A stretch of DNA of 64,000 bases from Lachnospiraceae bacterium (GTDB lineage Bacteria; Bacillota; Clostridia; Lachnospirales; Lachnospiraceae): the NCBI GenBank assembly GCA_024691015.1, contig JAILOD010000104.1, positions 2,525-66,524 of the forward strand. Reading direction: 5' to 3'. This document shows positions 10,496 to 21,251 of this stretch, piece after piece. The notes beneath the pieces are model-generated. The model was not told the DNA's origin. It ran no database searches and saw only the letters and a program-made list of their open reading frames with translations. A program made the position numbers and the translations under genes. How positions within the stretch are numbered: position 1 is the stretch's first letter; the number at the start of each line of letters is the position of its first letter.

Positions 10496-12526
10496 ATGAA
10501 AGAACAAGACCAGATAACGGCATTAAAGGGAATAGGAGATAAGACTGCCGCCTTATATAACAAGGCGGGGGTCTTTTCTTTATGGGATCTTTTAATGTAT
10601 CTGCCGAGGGACTATATGCATTATCCTCCTGTGGCCGAAGTACGCGAGCTTATTCCCGGAAAAAAGGCGGCAATTGAGATAACCATAGCTTCAAATCCTG
10701 CGGTTTTTCATTTCAGGGGAAAGTCTGTTTTAAATGCGGTAGGTAAAGATGACAGCGGCTCCATAAAGCTTGTCTGGTACAATGCCGCATATCTGAAAAA
10801 CAACATACATGTGGGGCTTAAAAAGGTGTTTTTCGGGCGGACAGGTGTGAAGGGTGATACGCTCACAATGGAGCATCCGAAGATGTATTCCCTTGAAGAA
10901 TACAAGGCTCTGCAGGGGAAGCCGGAGAGCATTTATCCGCTTGTAAAAGGGCTTACCAACGCAAATGTTAATAAGGCCGTAAAAAGTGTTTTCAAAGAAC
11001 TGGGTGTTATAGAGGATCATCTTTTACCCGAAGAGCTGGACAGGCTTGGCCTTATGGAGCTTGACAGGGCAATAAGGCTTATCCACGAACCGGACAATAC
11101 AAACGAGCTTATAGCCGGCCGGAAACGGCTGGTTTTCGACGAATTCCTGCGCTTTATTCTTGCTATCAGAAGCCTGAAGGAAAAGAACACAAGCTATATT
11201 AACGAGCTTGTTATGGAGCGAACGGACGGAAGCAAAAAGCTCACAGAGTCGCTTCCCTACAGTCTCACCAAAAGCCAGGAGAAGGCTTTTGAAGAGGTTT
11301 TAAAAGACTTTAAGGGTGAGAAACCCATGAACCGTCTCATAGAAGGAGATGTCGGATCGGGAAAGACCATAGTTGCACTTCTTGCATTGGTGACCTGTGT
11401 TGAGAATTCCCATCAGGGGGCTCTTATGGCACCCACAGAAGTTCTGGCAGTTCAGCACTTCAACAATATAACCTCCCTTGTGGAAAAGGCAGGCCTGGAT
11501 ATAACGCCGCTTCTTCTTACCGGCTCAATGACCGCAAAACAGAAGAGAGAGGCAAGAGAAAAAATAGTCTCGGGTGAGGCTGATATCATAATAGGAACAC
11601 ATGCACTGATCCAGCAGGGCGTGGAGTTTAAGGATCTGGCCCTCGTTATTACGGATGAACAGCACCGCTTCGGAGTAAACCAGAGAAGCACGCTTTCGGA
11701 AAAGGCGGAGGTTCATCCTCATGTTCTGGTAATGAGTGCGACTCCCATCCCGAGAACGCTTGCGATCATTCTGTATGGAGACCTGGATATTTCGGTGATG
11801 GATGAGAAGCCGGCAAAAAGACTTCCGATCAAGAATGCCTTGGTTGACATAAGATACAGAAAGAAAGCTTATGAATTCTTTGAAAAAGAGGTTGGAGAGG
11901 GACATCAGGGTTACATAATATGTTCGCAGATCGAGCCCAGTGAGGTTTCGGGGACCGAGAATGTGGAAGAATATTTTGAGAAGCTTAAGTTTATTTTCGG
12001 TGACAGAATAAGGCTTGCAAAGCTTCACGGAAAGATGAAGCAGGATGAGAAGAATGATATTATGACGAGGTTTGCATCTCATGAGATCGATGTGCTGTTG
12101 TCGACTACCGTTGTGGAGGTTGGTGTCGATGTACCGAATGCCACGGTTATGATGATAGAGGATGCCCAGCGGTTCGGTCTGGCACAGCTTCATCAGCTGA
12201 GAGGACGTATAGGTCGCGGAGATGCTCAAAGCTACTGCATATTTGTGGATACCTCGGGAGAAAAGGAAAACAAGAGATTGGAGATCCTGAAAAAAACCAA
12301 TGACGGCTTTGAGATAGCATCTGAGGATCTGAAGCTGAGGGGCCCCGGAGATATGTTCGGGGTCAGACAGTCGGGAGAGATGAATTTTAAGATAGCGGAT
12401 ATATACAACGATGCGGATATGCTGAAGGCTGCATCTGAATTTGCGGAAACCTTATCGGATGAGCGAAAGGGCGCACTTCTTGCAAGATACGAGGAAAGAT
12501 TTGTGGGTGAGGATGTGGTGCTCTGA
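10496..12526 (+). CDS. recG: ATP-dependent DNA helicase RecG
   Basis: Walker A 'GDVGSGKT', 'DEQHRFG', 'SATPIPRT' and 'QLHQLRGRIGRG' are present. Confidence 0.95.
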   Translation: MKEQDQITALKGIGDKTAALYNKAGVFSLWDLLMYLPRDYMHYPPVAEVRELIPGKKAAIEITIASNPAVFHFRGKSVLNAVGKDDSGSIKLVWYNAAYLKNNIHVGLKKVFFGRTGVKGDTLTMEHPKMYSLEEYKALQGKPESIYPLVKGLTNANVNKAVKSVFKELGVIEDHLLPEELDRLGLMELDRAIRLIHEPDNTNELIAGRKRLVFDEFLRFILAIRSLKEKNTSYINELVMERTDGSKKLTESLPYSLTKSQEKAFEEVLKDFKGEKPMNRLIEGDVGSGKTIVALLALVTCVENSHQGALMAPTEVLAVQHFNNITSLVEKAGLDITPLLLTGSMTAKQKREAREKIVSGEADIIIGTHALIQQGVEFKDLALVITDEQHRFGVNQRSTLSEKAEVHPHVLVMSATPIPRTLAIILYGDLDISVMDEKPAKRLPIKNALVDIRYRKKAYEFFEKEVGEGHQGYIICSQIEPSEVSGTENVEEYFEKLKFIFGDRIRLAKLHGKMKQDEKNDIMTRFASHEIDVLLSTTVVEVGVDVPNATVMMIEDAQRFGLAQLHQLRGRIGRGDAQSYCIFVDTSGEKENKRLEILKKTNDGFEIASEDLKLRGPGDMFGVRQSGEMNFKIADIYNDADMLKAASEFAETLSDERKGALLARYEERFVGEDVVL

Positions 12527-12623
12527 CACAAGATTTTCATTTCGAAAACTATTCTCCTACATCTTGTGGTAGAAGAAATAGAAAAAGTTTTATATAATTA
12601 TAATCTGTATCGGAGGTATAGAC

Positions 12624-12950
12624 ATGCATACTGAAATAGTTAAACACTGTGAGGGCGGAATAGGCGAGGTTAAGATGGAGCATCTCCTGGAGCCTATGGA
12701 AATGCACGGAAAGATCAGGCTTTACGCCCGTGTTACCATCGAACCCGGAAACTCGCTGGGCTATCATGAGCACCATCATGAGAGCGAAAGCTATTTCATT
12801 CTTTCGGGAACCGGTGTTTATTCCGATAACGGGATGAAGCGTACCGTTAAAAGCGGAGAGATAACATATACTCCGAACGGCTTCGGCCATGGTATGGAAA
12901 ACGTGGGGAGCGAACCACTGGTGTTTATGGCGCTGGTAGTTCTGGATTAA
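12624..12950 (+). CDS. Cupin domain protein
   Basis: Carries the cupin metal motifs 'GYHEHHHESE' and 'PNGFGHGMEN'. Confidence 0.7.
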   Translation: MHTEIVKHCEGGIGEVKMEHLLEPMEMHGKIRLYARVTIEPGNSLGYHEHHHESESYFILSGTGVYSDNGMKRTVKSGEITYTPNGFGHGMENVGSEPLVFMALVVLD

Positions 12951-12999
12951 TAGATAACGCTTTAGGGTATTAAAACAGTATATTCGGGAGGTATTTATT

Positions 13000-14790
13000 T
13001 TGGAAACTGCACAGAAACTTGAGGCTCTAAGAAAGGCAATGGAAGAAGCGGGAGTTACTGCTTATTATATAAATACGGCGGATTTTCATAATTCGGAATA
13101 TGTGAATGATTATTTCAAGGTTCGTGAGTTTTTCACGGGCTTTACCGGTTCGGCAGGAGAGCTTCTGGTATTTAAGGACAGTGCTTATCTGTGGACCGAC
13201 GGAAGATATTTTGAGCAGGCTGAAAAAGAGATAGCCGGCAGCGGGATAGAGCTTTTAAAATCCGGGCAGAAGGGTGTTGAAACGGTCTGGCAGCTGGTTG
13301 AAAGAAGGCTCGGGTCAGGTGATGTTTTCGGTTTTGACGGTCGCACCATGAATACCGCTCACGGCAGAAGGTTCAGAAATCTGTCCAAGAAAAAGGGCTT
13401 TACCATAAATTACAGGCTGGACCTTTCGGACGGTATTTTTGAAAGACCTGCTTTCCCGGTAAGTACCGTAGAGATCATTCCCGATACTCTGGCCGGTGAA
13501 AGTGTTGCTGAAAAGCTTGAAAAAGTACGTCAGGAAATGAAAAAGATGTATGTAAACGCTCTTTTCATCACCAGACTGGATGATATAATGTGGCTTTTCA
13601 ATATAAGGGGAAATGATATAGAATATAACCCTATGCTTTTGAGCTTTGCGTTTATCACAAACGGCAGTGCCTGGATATTCCTGCAGAGAAAGGCAGTAAA
13701 CAAGGAATATGAGAAAAAAGCGTCTAAGGACGGTGTTACGATAGGGGATTATGACGATATTAGGAGCTATCTTAAGCGCAGTCCCTATGTTTGCGGAAAT
13801 GTTCTGATAGATGAAAAGGAAGTAAGCTATACTCTTTATCGTCTGATCAAGAAAAGAGTGGATAAGGTTATTTTTGATATCAATCCCACACAGAGGCTTA
13901 AGGCTGTAAAGAATCCCGTAGAGATTGAAAATATGAAACGTCTTTACATTCAGGATTCGCTTGCGGTTACCAGGTTTATCCGGGAAATGGTGACCAATCC
14001 GGAGAAGAAGACCTATACCGAGATTTCGGCTCAAAAGTATCTGAACGAGTTAAGAAAAGCCATACCGGAGTACAGAGACCTGTCTTTTGCTACCATCTGT
14101 GCATACGGACCAAATGCGGCAATGATGCATTATGAGGCTTCTGAGGATAACAGGGTTGAGATAGAGAATAAAGGACTGCTTTTAGTGGATTCGGGAGCAC
14201 AGTATAACGGAGCAACTACGGATATTACCAGAACCATCTGTATGGGTGAGCTGACGAAGGAAGAGAAGGAGGCATACACCTTAACCGCGATCGGTATGTT
14301 AAAGCTGCACAATGCGATCTTTCTTATGGGATGTACCGGCAGAAACCTTGATATCCTTGCGCGCGAGAGAATGTGGGAGCGTGGAATGGATTACAAGAGC
14401 GGAACGGGACACGGCGTGGGCTACATTTTAAGCGTACATGAGGGGCCTCATGCGATCCGCTGGAGAGCAGGCGGTAAGGAAGAAGCTTTGAAGCCGGGAA
14501 TGGTTGTTACCAATGAGCCGGGTGTTTACAGGGCCGGAAAGTTCGGAGTCAGGATTGAGAACGTTATGCTTGTTGCCCAACACGAGGAAACCGCGGATGG
14601 CGATTTTCTTAAGTTTGAGCCGCTTACCTTTGCCCCTATAGATGATAAGGGTGTAGACCGGTCTATGATGAGTACCGGAGAATTGAATCAATATCTTTCA
14701 TACCAGAAGAGCGTTTATGATACGCTTGCACCTTTTCTTGATCAGGATGAAAAGGACTGGCTTTTACAGTATGCCGGCATTGAGGCATAA
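13000..14790 (+). CDS. Xaa-Pro aminopeptidase (M24B family)
   Basis: Creatinase-like N-terminal domains precede an M24 catalytic core with 'DSGAQYNGATTDITRT', 'GHGVG' and 'TNEPG'. The start is TTG. Confidence 0.85.
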   Translation: METAQKLEALRKAMEEAGVTAYYINTADFHNSEYVNDYFKVREFFTGFTGSAGELLVFKDSAYLWTDGRYFEQAEKEIAGSGIELLKSGQKGVETVWQLVERRLGSGDVFGFDGRTMNTAHGRRFRNLSKKKGFTINYRLDLSDGIFERPAFPVSTVEIIPDTLAGESVAEKLEKVRQEMKKMYVNALFITRLDDIMWLFNIRGNDIEYNPMLLSFAFITNGSAWIFLQRKAVNKEYEKKASKDGVTIGDYDDIRSYLKRSPYVCGNVLIDEKEVSYTLYRLIKKRVDKVIFDINPTQRLKAVKNPVEIENMKRLYIQDSLAVTRFIREMVTNPEKKTYTEISAQKYLNELRKAIPEYRDLSFATICAYGPNAAMMHYEASEDNRVEIENKGLLLVDSGAQYNGATTDITRTICMGELTKEEKEAYTLTAIGMLKLHNAIFLMGCTGRNLDILARERMWERGMDYKSGTGHGVGYILSVHEGPHAIRWRAGGKEEALKPGMVVTNEPGVYRAGKFGVRIENVMLVAQHEETADGDFLKFEPLTFAPIDDKGVDRSMMSTGELNQYLSYQKSVYDTLAPFLDQDEKDWLLQYAGIEA

Positions 14791-14803
14791 CGGAGAATTA
14801 TAA

Positions 14804-15469
14804 GTGGAAAATTGGGAATTAGATCTGAGAAAGGAAATCTTTTCCGAGTATCTTAAAGATAGAAGTTTTGAGGCCATTGAGAAAATGAATGACCTTATAA
14901 TCCGCAAAAACGGCGGTAAGATATACAGATACAGGCCTCTTAAAAAGGAGGAAGTGGAGCTTATAAGAAACAGTAATCTCTATTTTTGCCGGGCCGTGCG
15001 TTTTGAGGGGAATGGTGACAGATATGTGCTTTTAAAGAGTTATCTGTCCTGTTTTACCGATGATGTTAAGAGCGTACCGATGTGGTTTGATTATGCGGAC
15101 CAGGACCGGGGTATCTGTCTGGAATACAATTACGAGGATATAAAGCAGTTTGCCAATGCGAATAAGCTTGTGCTGCTTCCGGTCATATATGATGATGAGG
15201 AGGTTTCCTTTGAGGGGAAGCTCGGAAGCATCATGGCACTTATGACAAAGGGGACGGAAAAGTCCTGGGAGTATGAATGGAGACTGTGGAAGATGGATAT
15301 GAAGTCACCGGATATAGGAAAGCTTATGTCCTCCATTGATCCGGTCCGTATTCATATCGGTGAAAAGGTTAATAAGAGCAGCAGGGTTTTTGCAGAGCTT
15401 TTGGGTGTTTCGGAAGAGAAGAGCATTGAACTGGTTTATAATGATGAAGCAGTTGTGGTGGACATCTGA
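14804..15469 (+). CDS. Hypothetical protein, DUF2971-like
   Basis: 'YRYRPLKKEEVELIRNSNLYFCRAVRF' resembles the DUF2971 N-terminal motif. The start is GTG. Confidence 0.35.
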   Translation: MENWELDLRKEIFSEYLKDRSFEAIEKMNDLIIRKNGGKIYRYRPLKKEEVELIRNSNLYFCRAVRFEGNGDRYVLLKSYLSCFTDDVKSVPMWFDYADQDRGICLEYNYEDIKQFANANKLVLLPVIYDDEEVSFEGKLGSIMALMTKGTEKSWEYEWRLWKMDMKSPDIGKLMSSIDPVRIHIGEKVNKSSRVFAELLGVSEEKSIELVYNDEAVVVDI

Positions 15470-15472
15470 GTT

Positions 15473-16045
15473 TCAGATGTCCATCTTTTTTATCCCTTCA
15501 AGCGCATTCTGTACAATGAATTCCGGGTCGTTTTCCATAAGGTCTAAGCCGACCGCACGTATGCACTGACAGTCCTTTATGCCGTACATATATAAGGCGA
15601 GGGCTTTTATGTAATCGTAGCCGAAGTTCAGTTTTCCGATCTCGCCGCCTGCTGTTGTGATATAGTACAGCTTTTCTGCCTTGCAAAGCCCTTTGAAACT
15701 GCCGTCACTTTGAAAGCTGAAGGTCAGGTTATTTATGGTTATGTTTTCGATGTAGATCTTCAGGTTTGACGGGAACGACAGGTCGTAGTAGGGGGCTCCT
15801 ATTACAATGATATCGCTTTCGGCAAAGGCTTTGGCTGCATCAAAGTATGCGTTGTCAAATATCCCGGACTCACTTGCGGCCGTTCTCATTTTCATTTCTT
15901 CTTCGGTCAGCGGATGGTAGTTGTTTTCTCTGAGCTTCACTTCAGTTATCTCATCTCCGTTAAAATGAGCCAGAACCGCTTCAGCGAGCCTGTTTGTTCG
16001 TGAATCCTCTCTTATGGTGCAGTTTATGTATAAGACCTTTTTCAT
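15473..16045 (-). CDS. Flavodoxin-like fold NAD(P)H-dependent oxidoreductase
   Basis: 'MKKVLYINCTIREDSRTNRLA' and 'IIVIGAPYYDLSFPSNLK' are typical of the FMN-dependent NAD(P)H dehydrogenase / azoreductase-like fold. Confidence 0.7.
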   Translation of the reverse strand: MKKVLYINCTIREDSRTNRLAEAVLAHFNGDEITEVKLRENNYHPLTEEEMKMRTAASESGIFDNAYFDAAKAFAESDIIVIGAPYYDLSFPSNLKIYIENITINNLTFSFQSDGSFKGLCKAEKLYYITTAGGEIGKLNFGYDYIKALALYMYGIKDCQCIRAVGLDLMENDPEFIVQNALEGIKKMDI

Positions 16046-16104
16046 ATATTTGATCCTCCGGAGGGTTTTTGTTTTACATTATCATAAAAAAGAGGGAGTG
16101 GGGA

Positions 16105-16336
16105 AATAAAAAAAGACATTAAAAGGCCCGGAGCACTTTAGCGGCATCTGTCGATCTGACTCCTAGCAACGCTAGGTGGGTGCCCTCAGCTTATACGCAA
16201 TCTTCCACTGCTACGCGATCAAGGATCGTGTCCCGCGGATGCGGGCGGAGGCCTGACATTGTTTTCGCAATTATTGGAATCCCGTTTAAAGTAAATGTAG
16301 GTTCAAATAAAACAGAGTGCCGTGCTTACCGGGCAA
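16105..16336 (-). ncRNA. Unclassified ~210-nt rod-like structured RNA (6S-like topology; identity not established)
   Basis: On the minus strand the 5' end GCCCGG..GCAC..GGCA pairs with the 3' end TGCC..GTGC.CCGGGC. Internal helices include TTCCA/TGGAA, GCGA/TCGC and an apical CCCGC-ATCC-GCGGG hairpin. The segment is locally GC-rich within AT-rich intergenic DNA. It has its own promoter upstream and a U-run (CUUUUAAUGUCUUUUUUU) downstream. Confidence 0.45.
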
Positions 16337-16340
16337 TATT

Positions 16341-16370
16341 ATTATACTTAAAAATAATATGAATTGTCCA
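16341..16370 (-). promoter_or_regulatory. Sigma-A-type promoter for the structured RNA
   Basis: Minus strand reads TGGACA, 18-nt spacer, TATAAT. The first G of the closing stem lies ~7 nt downstream of the -10. Confidence 0.45.
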
Positions 16371-16439
16371 TATTTTGTGATATAATTCATTTGTTTTTTA
16401 GAAATTTACGGAAAGTTCAGATTTTGGAGATCTCATAAA

Positions 16440-16907
16440 ATGAACATATTGCTCGAACTGCTGTCCAACAGGATACTGATCACGGGTATCTGCGGATGGC
16501 TTGTGGCGCAGGTATTAAAAACCATTATATATACGGTGGTAAACAAAAGCTTCAGGCTTGAAAGAATGGTAGGCGATGGAGGAATGCCAAGCGCACACTC
16601 GGCAACCGTAACATCGGTTGCAGTATCCATAGGTCTGTTTGGTTCGTTTTCATCTCCGGAATTTGCCGTAGCCGCGATCATAGCCATAGTTGTTATGCAC
16701 GACGCAATGGGAGTCAGACTGGAAACGGGAAAGCAGGCGATAGTAATAAACGATATCATCGAAATGCTAAATCAGCTTGGAGATGAAACCATTGAACCGG
16801 ACGTAAGACTTAAGGAATTTGTCGGACACACACCTATGCAGGTCGCAGCAGGGTTTTTGCTCGGTATATTAGTTGCGGTTGTATCCTTCTATTTTTCCGG
16901 TAAATAG
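16440..16907 (+). CDS. Divergent PAP2 family membrane protein (DUF212)
   Basis: 'GGMPSAHSATV' and 'HDAMGVR' motifs are present, with 4-5 TM segments. Confidence 0.75.
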   Translation: MNILLELLSNRILITGICGWLVAQVLKTIIYTVVNKSFRLERMVGDGGMPSAHSATVTSVAVSIGLFGSFSSPEFAVAAIIAIVVMHDAMGVRLETGKQAIVINDIIEMLNQLGDETIEPDVRLKEFVGHTPMQVAAGFLLGILVAVVSFYFSGK

Positions 16908-16930
16908 TCTGTAAGGGAAAGAATCATCAA

Positions 16931-17695
16931 ATGAGTTGCAATTACAAGCTTGCTATAAGCTATGACGGGACAAGATATTATGGCTGGGAACACCAGCCCA
17001 ATACCGACATGACCATACAGGGGAAGATCGAAACGGTATTTACAAGGATGCTTCAGGGAGAAAAAGATGATGAAACCGTAGAAACGGTAAAGATCATCGC
17101 AGCCGGAAGAACCGATGCCGGAGTACATGCAAGGGCAATGATCGCAAACGTTGTCTTAGACACGGTCAAATCTCCCGAAGAAATAATGGAATATGCAAAC
17201 ACATATCTGCCCGAAGACATAAGCATAAATTCGGTAAGCATAGCGTCGGACAGGTTTCACGCCAGATACAAGGCGTTGGGGAAAACCTACAGATATACAC
17301 TGTGGACAGGAAAAGCAAAACCGGTATTCGACCGGAAATATGTAACGGTAATAGAAAAGCCGCTGGACATAAAAGCGATGGAAGAGGCGGCAAAGCATCT
17401 CATCGGAACTCATGATTTTAAAAGCTTCTGCGGAAACAGCAAAATGAAAAAATCCACGGTAAGATGTCTTGATACGATAAATATAGAAGAGAGCGGTTCA
17501 TATGTGAGGATCTATTATCACGGAAATTCGTTCCTGCAGAATATGGTTCGTATTCTGACGGGTACGCTCCTTCAGGTTGGAGAAGGAGAGCGCTCACCTG
17601 ATGAAATTAAAGAGGTACTTGAGAGTAAAGACAGAAATATGGCAGGTCCGACGGCACCGCCCGGAGGGCTTACACTGATGAAAGTAGACTACTGA
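16931..17695 (+). CDS. truA: tRNA pseudouridine(38-40) synthase TruA
   Basis: 'ISYDGTRYYGWEHQP', the catalytic 'GRTDAGVHA' and 'FLQNMVRILTG' are present. Confidence 0.9.
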   Translation: MSCNYKLAISYDGTRYYGWEHQPNTDMTIQGKIETVFTRMLQGEKDDETVETVKIIAAGRTDAGVHARAMIANVVLDTVKSPEEIMEYANTYLPEDISINSVSIASDRFHARYKALGKTYRYTLWTGKAKPVFDRKYVTVIEKPLDIKAMEEAAKHLIGTHDFKSFCGNSKMKKSTVRCLDTINIEESGSYVRIYYHGNSFLQNMVRILTGTLLQVGEGERSPDEIKEVLESKDRNMAGPTAPPGGLTLMKVDY

Positions 17696-17727
17696 CCTTA
17701 ACGGGTTTGGAATAAACGGAGGTAAAA

Positions 17728-18750
17728 ATGATAAAAGAAACTCTTGAAAAGATCAAATCGGAAGCACAGGCGCGTATAAAGGACAGCGCAAATCTTGAGG
17801 ATTTAAATGACGTAAGAGTCAAATTCCTCGGAAAAAAGGGTGAACTCACGGCAGTCCTTAAAGGAATGAAGGATGTAGCTGCAGAGGAGAGACCGAAGGT
17901 TGGAGCTGTTGTAAACGAGGCGAGAGAAGAAATAGAAGAAGCACTTAACAATGCACGTCTTGCACTCGAGAAATCCGTAATGGAAAACAAACTGAAAAAT
18001 GAAAAGATAGATGTTACTCTGCCGGCGAAAAAACCGATACTCGGCCACCGTCATCCCAATCAGATAGCTCTTGAGGAGATCGAGCGTATCTTTATCGGTC
18101 TGGGATATGAGGTTGTAGAAGGCCCTGAGGTAGAGCGTGATTACTATAATTTTGAAGCACTGAATATACCGGCTGATCATCCCGCGAAGGACGAACAGGA
18201 TACATTTTATATTACCGATGATATCCTGCTCAGAACCCAGACCTCGGGAACCCAGGTTCATGAAATGGAAAAGGGCAGGCTTCCAATAAGGATGATAAGC
18301 CCCGGAAGAGTATTCCGTTCGGATGAAGTGGATGCCACACATTCGCCCTCCTTCCACCAGGTAGAAGGCTTACTCATCGATAAGGAAGTATCCTTCTCGG
18401 ATCTTAAGGGAACACTTGCGGAATTTGCGAAAGAGCTTTTCGGTGCGGATACAAAGGTAAAATTCAGGCCGCATCACTTCCCGTTTACGGAGCCCTCAGC
18501 TGAAATGGATGTATCCTGCTTCAAATGCGGAGGCAAGGGCTGCAGATTCTGTAAGGGTGAAGGCTGGATCGAAATATTGGGCTGCGGAATGGTACATCCC
18601 CACGTACTTGAAATGAGTAAAATAGATCCGCTCCAGTACAAGGGCTTTGCCTTCGGAGTAGGTCTTGAGCGTATTGCCCTGCTTAAATACGAAATTGACG
18701 ACATGAGACTGCTTTATGAAAATGATGAGAGATTTTTAAAGCAGTTCTGA
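17728..18750 (+). CDS. pheS: Phenylalanine--tRNA ligase alpha subunit
   Basis: Class II aaRS motifs are present, including 'RMISPGRVFRSDEVDATHSPSFHQVEG' and 'FAFGVGLERIA'. Confidence 0.95.
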   Translation: MIKETLEKIKSEAQARIKDSANLEDLNDVRVKFLGKKGELTAVLKGMKDVAAEERPKVGAVVNEAREEIEEALNNARLALEKSVMENKLKNEKIDVTLPAKKPILGHRHPNQIALEEIERIFIGLGYEVVEGPEVERDYYNFEALNIPADHPAKDEQDTFYITDDILLRTQTSGTQVHEMEKGRLPIRMISPGRVFRSDEVDATHSPSFHQVEGLLIDKEVSFSDLKGTLAEFAKELFGADTKVKFRPHHFPFTEPSAEMDVSCFKCGGKGCRFCKGEGWIEILGCGMVHPHVLEMSKIDPLQYKGFAFGVGLERIALLKYEIDDMRLLYENDERFLKQF

Positions 18751-18824
18751 TACAATGGTTTACATAAAACCAAACAACGATATATATTAAAGCGAAGAAA
18801 AAACCGATCACAGGAGATAATAAA

Positions 18825-21251
18825 ATGAACACATCATTAGAATGGATAAAGGCATACGTACCGGATCTTGAATGTACGGACCAGGAATACATGGATGCCA
18901 TGACATTAAGCGGCACGAAGGTAGAGGGATACAATAAGCTTGATAAAAACCTCGATAAGATCGTAGTCGGACAGATAAAGGAAATCACAAAGCACCCCGA
19001 TGCGGACAAGCTCGTTGTTTGTCAGGTGGACATAGGAGATCAGGTCATTCAGATAGTAACGGGAGCTCCTAACGTTGAAGTCGGACAGAAGGTACCTGTG
19101 GTACTTGCCGGAGGAAAGGTAGCGGGAGGCCACGACGGCGGCCCTCTTCCCGAGGATGGAATAGAGATAAAGGACGGAAAATTAAGAGGCGTTGAATCTC
19201 ACGGAATGATGTGCTCCGTAGAGGAGCTGGGCTCTTCAAGAGAGGTATTTCCCGAGGCACCCGAAAACGGTATATATATCTTCCCTGAAGATACAAAGGT
19301 TGGAGCTGATGCCATCGAGGTATTTGGTTTCCATGACACCGTCTTTGAATACGAGATCACCTCGAACAGGGTGGACTGCTATTCGGTGCTGGGTATCGCA
19401 CGTGAAGCAGCAGCAACCTTTAATAAGAAATTCGTTGCTCCCGAGGTTAAGGAAACCGGGGCGGGAGAGAGCGAAAAGACAAGCGACGTGATCAGCATAG
19501 AGATAAAGGACAAGGACCTCTGCAGCAGATATGTGGGCCGTGTCGTAAAGGATATAAAGATCGGTGAATCACCCGACTGGATGAAGAAGAGACTTCGCAG
19601 TGCGGGCATAAGACCTATAAACAATATGGTTGACATAACTAATTATGTAATGCTTGAATACGGTCAGCCGATGCACGCTTTTGATCTTTCAACCATAGCC
19701 GGAAACAAGATCATTGTCAGAAGGGCAAAGGACGGCGATGTGTTCACAACGCTTGACGGACAGGAAAGAAAGCTGGATTCGGAAGTACTTATGATCTGTG
19801 ACGGAGAAAAAGAGATCGGTATCGCCGGTATCATGGGAGGAGAAAACTCCAAGATCACGGATAACGTTACCGAGATGCTTTTCGAAGCGGCTACTTTCAA
19901 CGGAACAAATATCAGAAAGAGCGCAAAGAGAATAGGTCTTCGTACAGATGCTTCGGGAATATTCGAAAAAGGTCTGGATCCCCACAATGCACTTGATGCA
20001 ATGAACCGTGCCTGTGCGCTTGTTGAAGAGCTTGGATGCGGAAGAGTATTAAACGGAGCGGTTGACGTTCATGATGAATTACCCGAAAAGAAGAGGATAA
20101 AATTCGAACCGGAGAGGATAAACGAGTATCTCGGAACGGATATCTCCGCTGATCAGATGCTGGAATATTTCAGCAGGCTTGAGGTTGAATATGATAAGAA
20201 CAGCGGTGATCTGGTGATCCCTACCTTCAGGCAGGATCTTATCGGTTTTGCCGACAGCTCGGAGGAGGTTGCCCGGTTCTACGGCTATGACAAGATCCCC
20301 ACAACTCTGCCTTCATCATCGGCAGAAGGAGGAAAGCTTTCATTCAAGATGAGGGTTGAAGCTGTTGCAAGAGAGATCGCGGAATTTGCAGGCTTCTCGC
20401 AGGCTATGACCTACTCCTTCGAAAGTCCTAAGGTTTTCGATAAGCTGCTTCTTGATGAGAATGCTCCCGAAAGGGCAGCGATAAAGATATCAAATCCTCT
20501 CGGAGAGGACTTCTCCATTATGAGAACTCTTCCTCTTAACGGAATGCTGACATCGCTTGCGACAAACTATAACAGAAGAAATAAAGAGGTTCGTCTCTAC
20601 GAGCTTGCAACTATATATATTCCCGAGAGCCTGCCGCTTAAAGAGCTTCCGGATGAGCGTGTACAGCTTACCCTCGGCTTTTACGGCAAGGGAGATTTCT
20701 TCAGTCTCAAGGGCTGCGTGGAAGTCTTTATCTCAAAGATAGGTATGAAGGGAAGGCTTGAATACGAAGCAGGAGACAGGCCCTATCTGCATCCCGGGCG
20801 TCAGGCTGAGATCATCTGTAACGGTGAAAAGCTTGGCTATATGGGTGAGGTTCATCCTCTTGTATGTAAGAATTACGATATGGAAGGCACAAGAGTTTAC
20901 ATTGCTGTTATCGATATGCCCAAGGTGGTAGAGAAGACAACCTTCAACAGAAAATTCGAGGGTATAGCAAAATTCCCTGCAGTAAGCAGGGACATCTCAA
21001 TGGTGGTTCCCAAGGAGATAAGTGCAGGTCAGATCGATGCTGTCATCCTTCAGAGAGGCGGAAAGCTTCTTGAAGACTTTAAGCTCTTCGACCTTTACGA
21101 AGGAGAGCAGATAAAGGAAGGCTTTAAGTCTGTTGCATATACGGTATCCTTCAGAGATAAGACAAAGACACTTTCGGATGACGATGTAAATGCCGTAATG
21201 AAAAAGATACTTAACGGTCTTAAGGACCTTGGAATAGAACTGAGGTCATAA
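18825..21251 (+). CDS. pheT: Phenylalanine--tRNA ligase beta subunit
   Basis: 'SLEWIKAYV', a tRNA-binding OB domain, B3/4 and B5 domains and a C-terminal FDX-ACB domain are recognisable. Confidence 0.95.
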   Translation: MNTSLEWIKAYVPDLECTDQEYMDAMTLSGTKVEGYNKLDKNLDKIVVGQIKEITKHPDADKLVVCQVDIGDQVIQIVTGAPNVEVGQKVPVVLAGGKVAGGHDGGPLPEDGIEIKDGKLRGVESHGMMCSVEELGSSREVFPEAPENGIYIFPEDTKVGADAIEVFGFHDTVFEYEITSNRVDCYSVLGIAREAAATFNKKFVAPEVKETGAGESEKTSDVISIEIKDKDLCSRYVGRVVKDIKIGESPDWMKKRLRSAGIRPINNMVDITNYVMLEYGQPMHAFDLSTIAGNKIIVRRAKDGDVFTTLDGQERKLDSEVLMICDGEKEIGIAGIMGGENSKITDNVTEMLFEAATFNGTNIRKSAKRIGLRTDASGIFEKGLDPHNALDAMNRACALVEELGCGRVLNGAVDVHDELPEKKRIKFEPERINEYLGTDISADQMLEYFSRLEVEYDKNSGDLVIPTFRQDLIGFADSSEEVARFYGYDKIPTTLPSSSAEGGKLSFKMRVEAVAREIAEFAGFSQAMTYSFESPKVFDKLLLDENAPERAAIKISNPLGEDFSIMRTLPLNGMLTSLATNYNRRNKEVRLYELATIYIPESLPLKELPDERVQLTLGFYGKGDFFSLKGCVEVFISKIGMKGRLEYEAGDRPYLHPGRQAEIICNGEKLGYMGEVHPLVCKNYDMEGTRVYIAVIDMPKVVEKTTFNRKFEGIAKFPAVSRDISMVVPKEISAGQIDAVILQRGGKLLEDFKLFDLYEGEQIKEGFKSVAYTVSFRDKTKTLSDDDVNAVMKKILNGLKDLGIELRS

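Noticed and set aside
11525-12229. Long antisense ORFs in the track (this 234-aa one inside recG, and also 13315-14034, 17803-18357, 53061-53663, 62719-63348 and 63463-63984).
   Set aside because: Each lies opposite a frame with clear family motifs (RecG, M24 peptidase, PheS, spike, kinase-like ATPase, SH3b protein). They lack RBSs and have low-complexity or atypical composition, so they are shadow ORFs.
16180-16362. 60-aa plus-strand ORF, and assignment of this region to SRP RNA, RNase P RNA, tmRNA, a T-box or an FMN riboswitch.
   Set aside because: The ORF has no RBS and sits inside a GC-rich paired region. By eye, the GGAAGCAGC-type SRP helix-8 motif with its GNRA loop, the RNase P GAGGAAAGTCC box, the tmRNA ends, the T-box GGTGGTACCGCG box and the FMN-element motifs are all absent. 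Only 'ATGTCAGG' weakly resembles SRP.
17696-17727. Expected T-box leader upstream of pheS.
   Set aside because: The truA-pheS gap is only 32 nt and contains just an RBS. pheST appear co-transcribed with the PAP2-like gene and truA. This is noted as unusual for Firmicutes but there is nothing to annotate.
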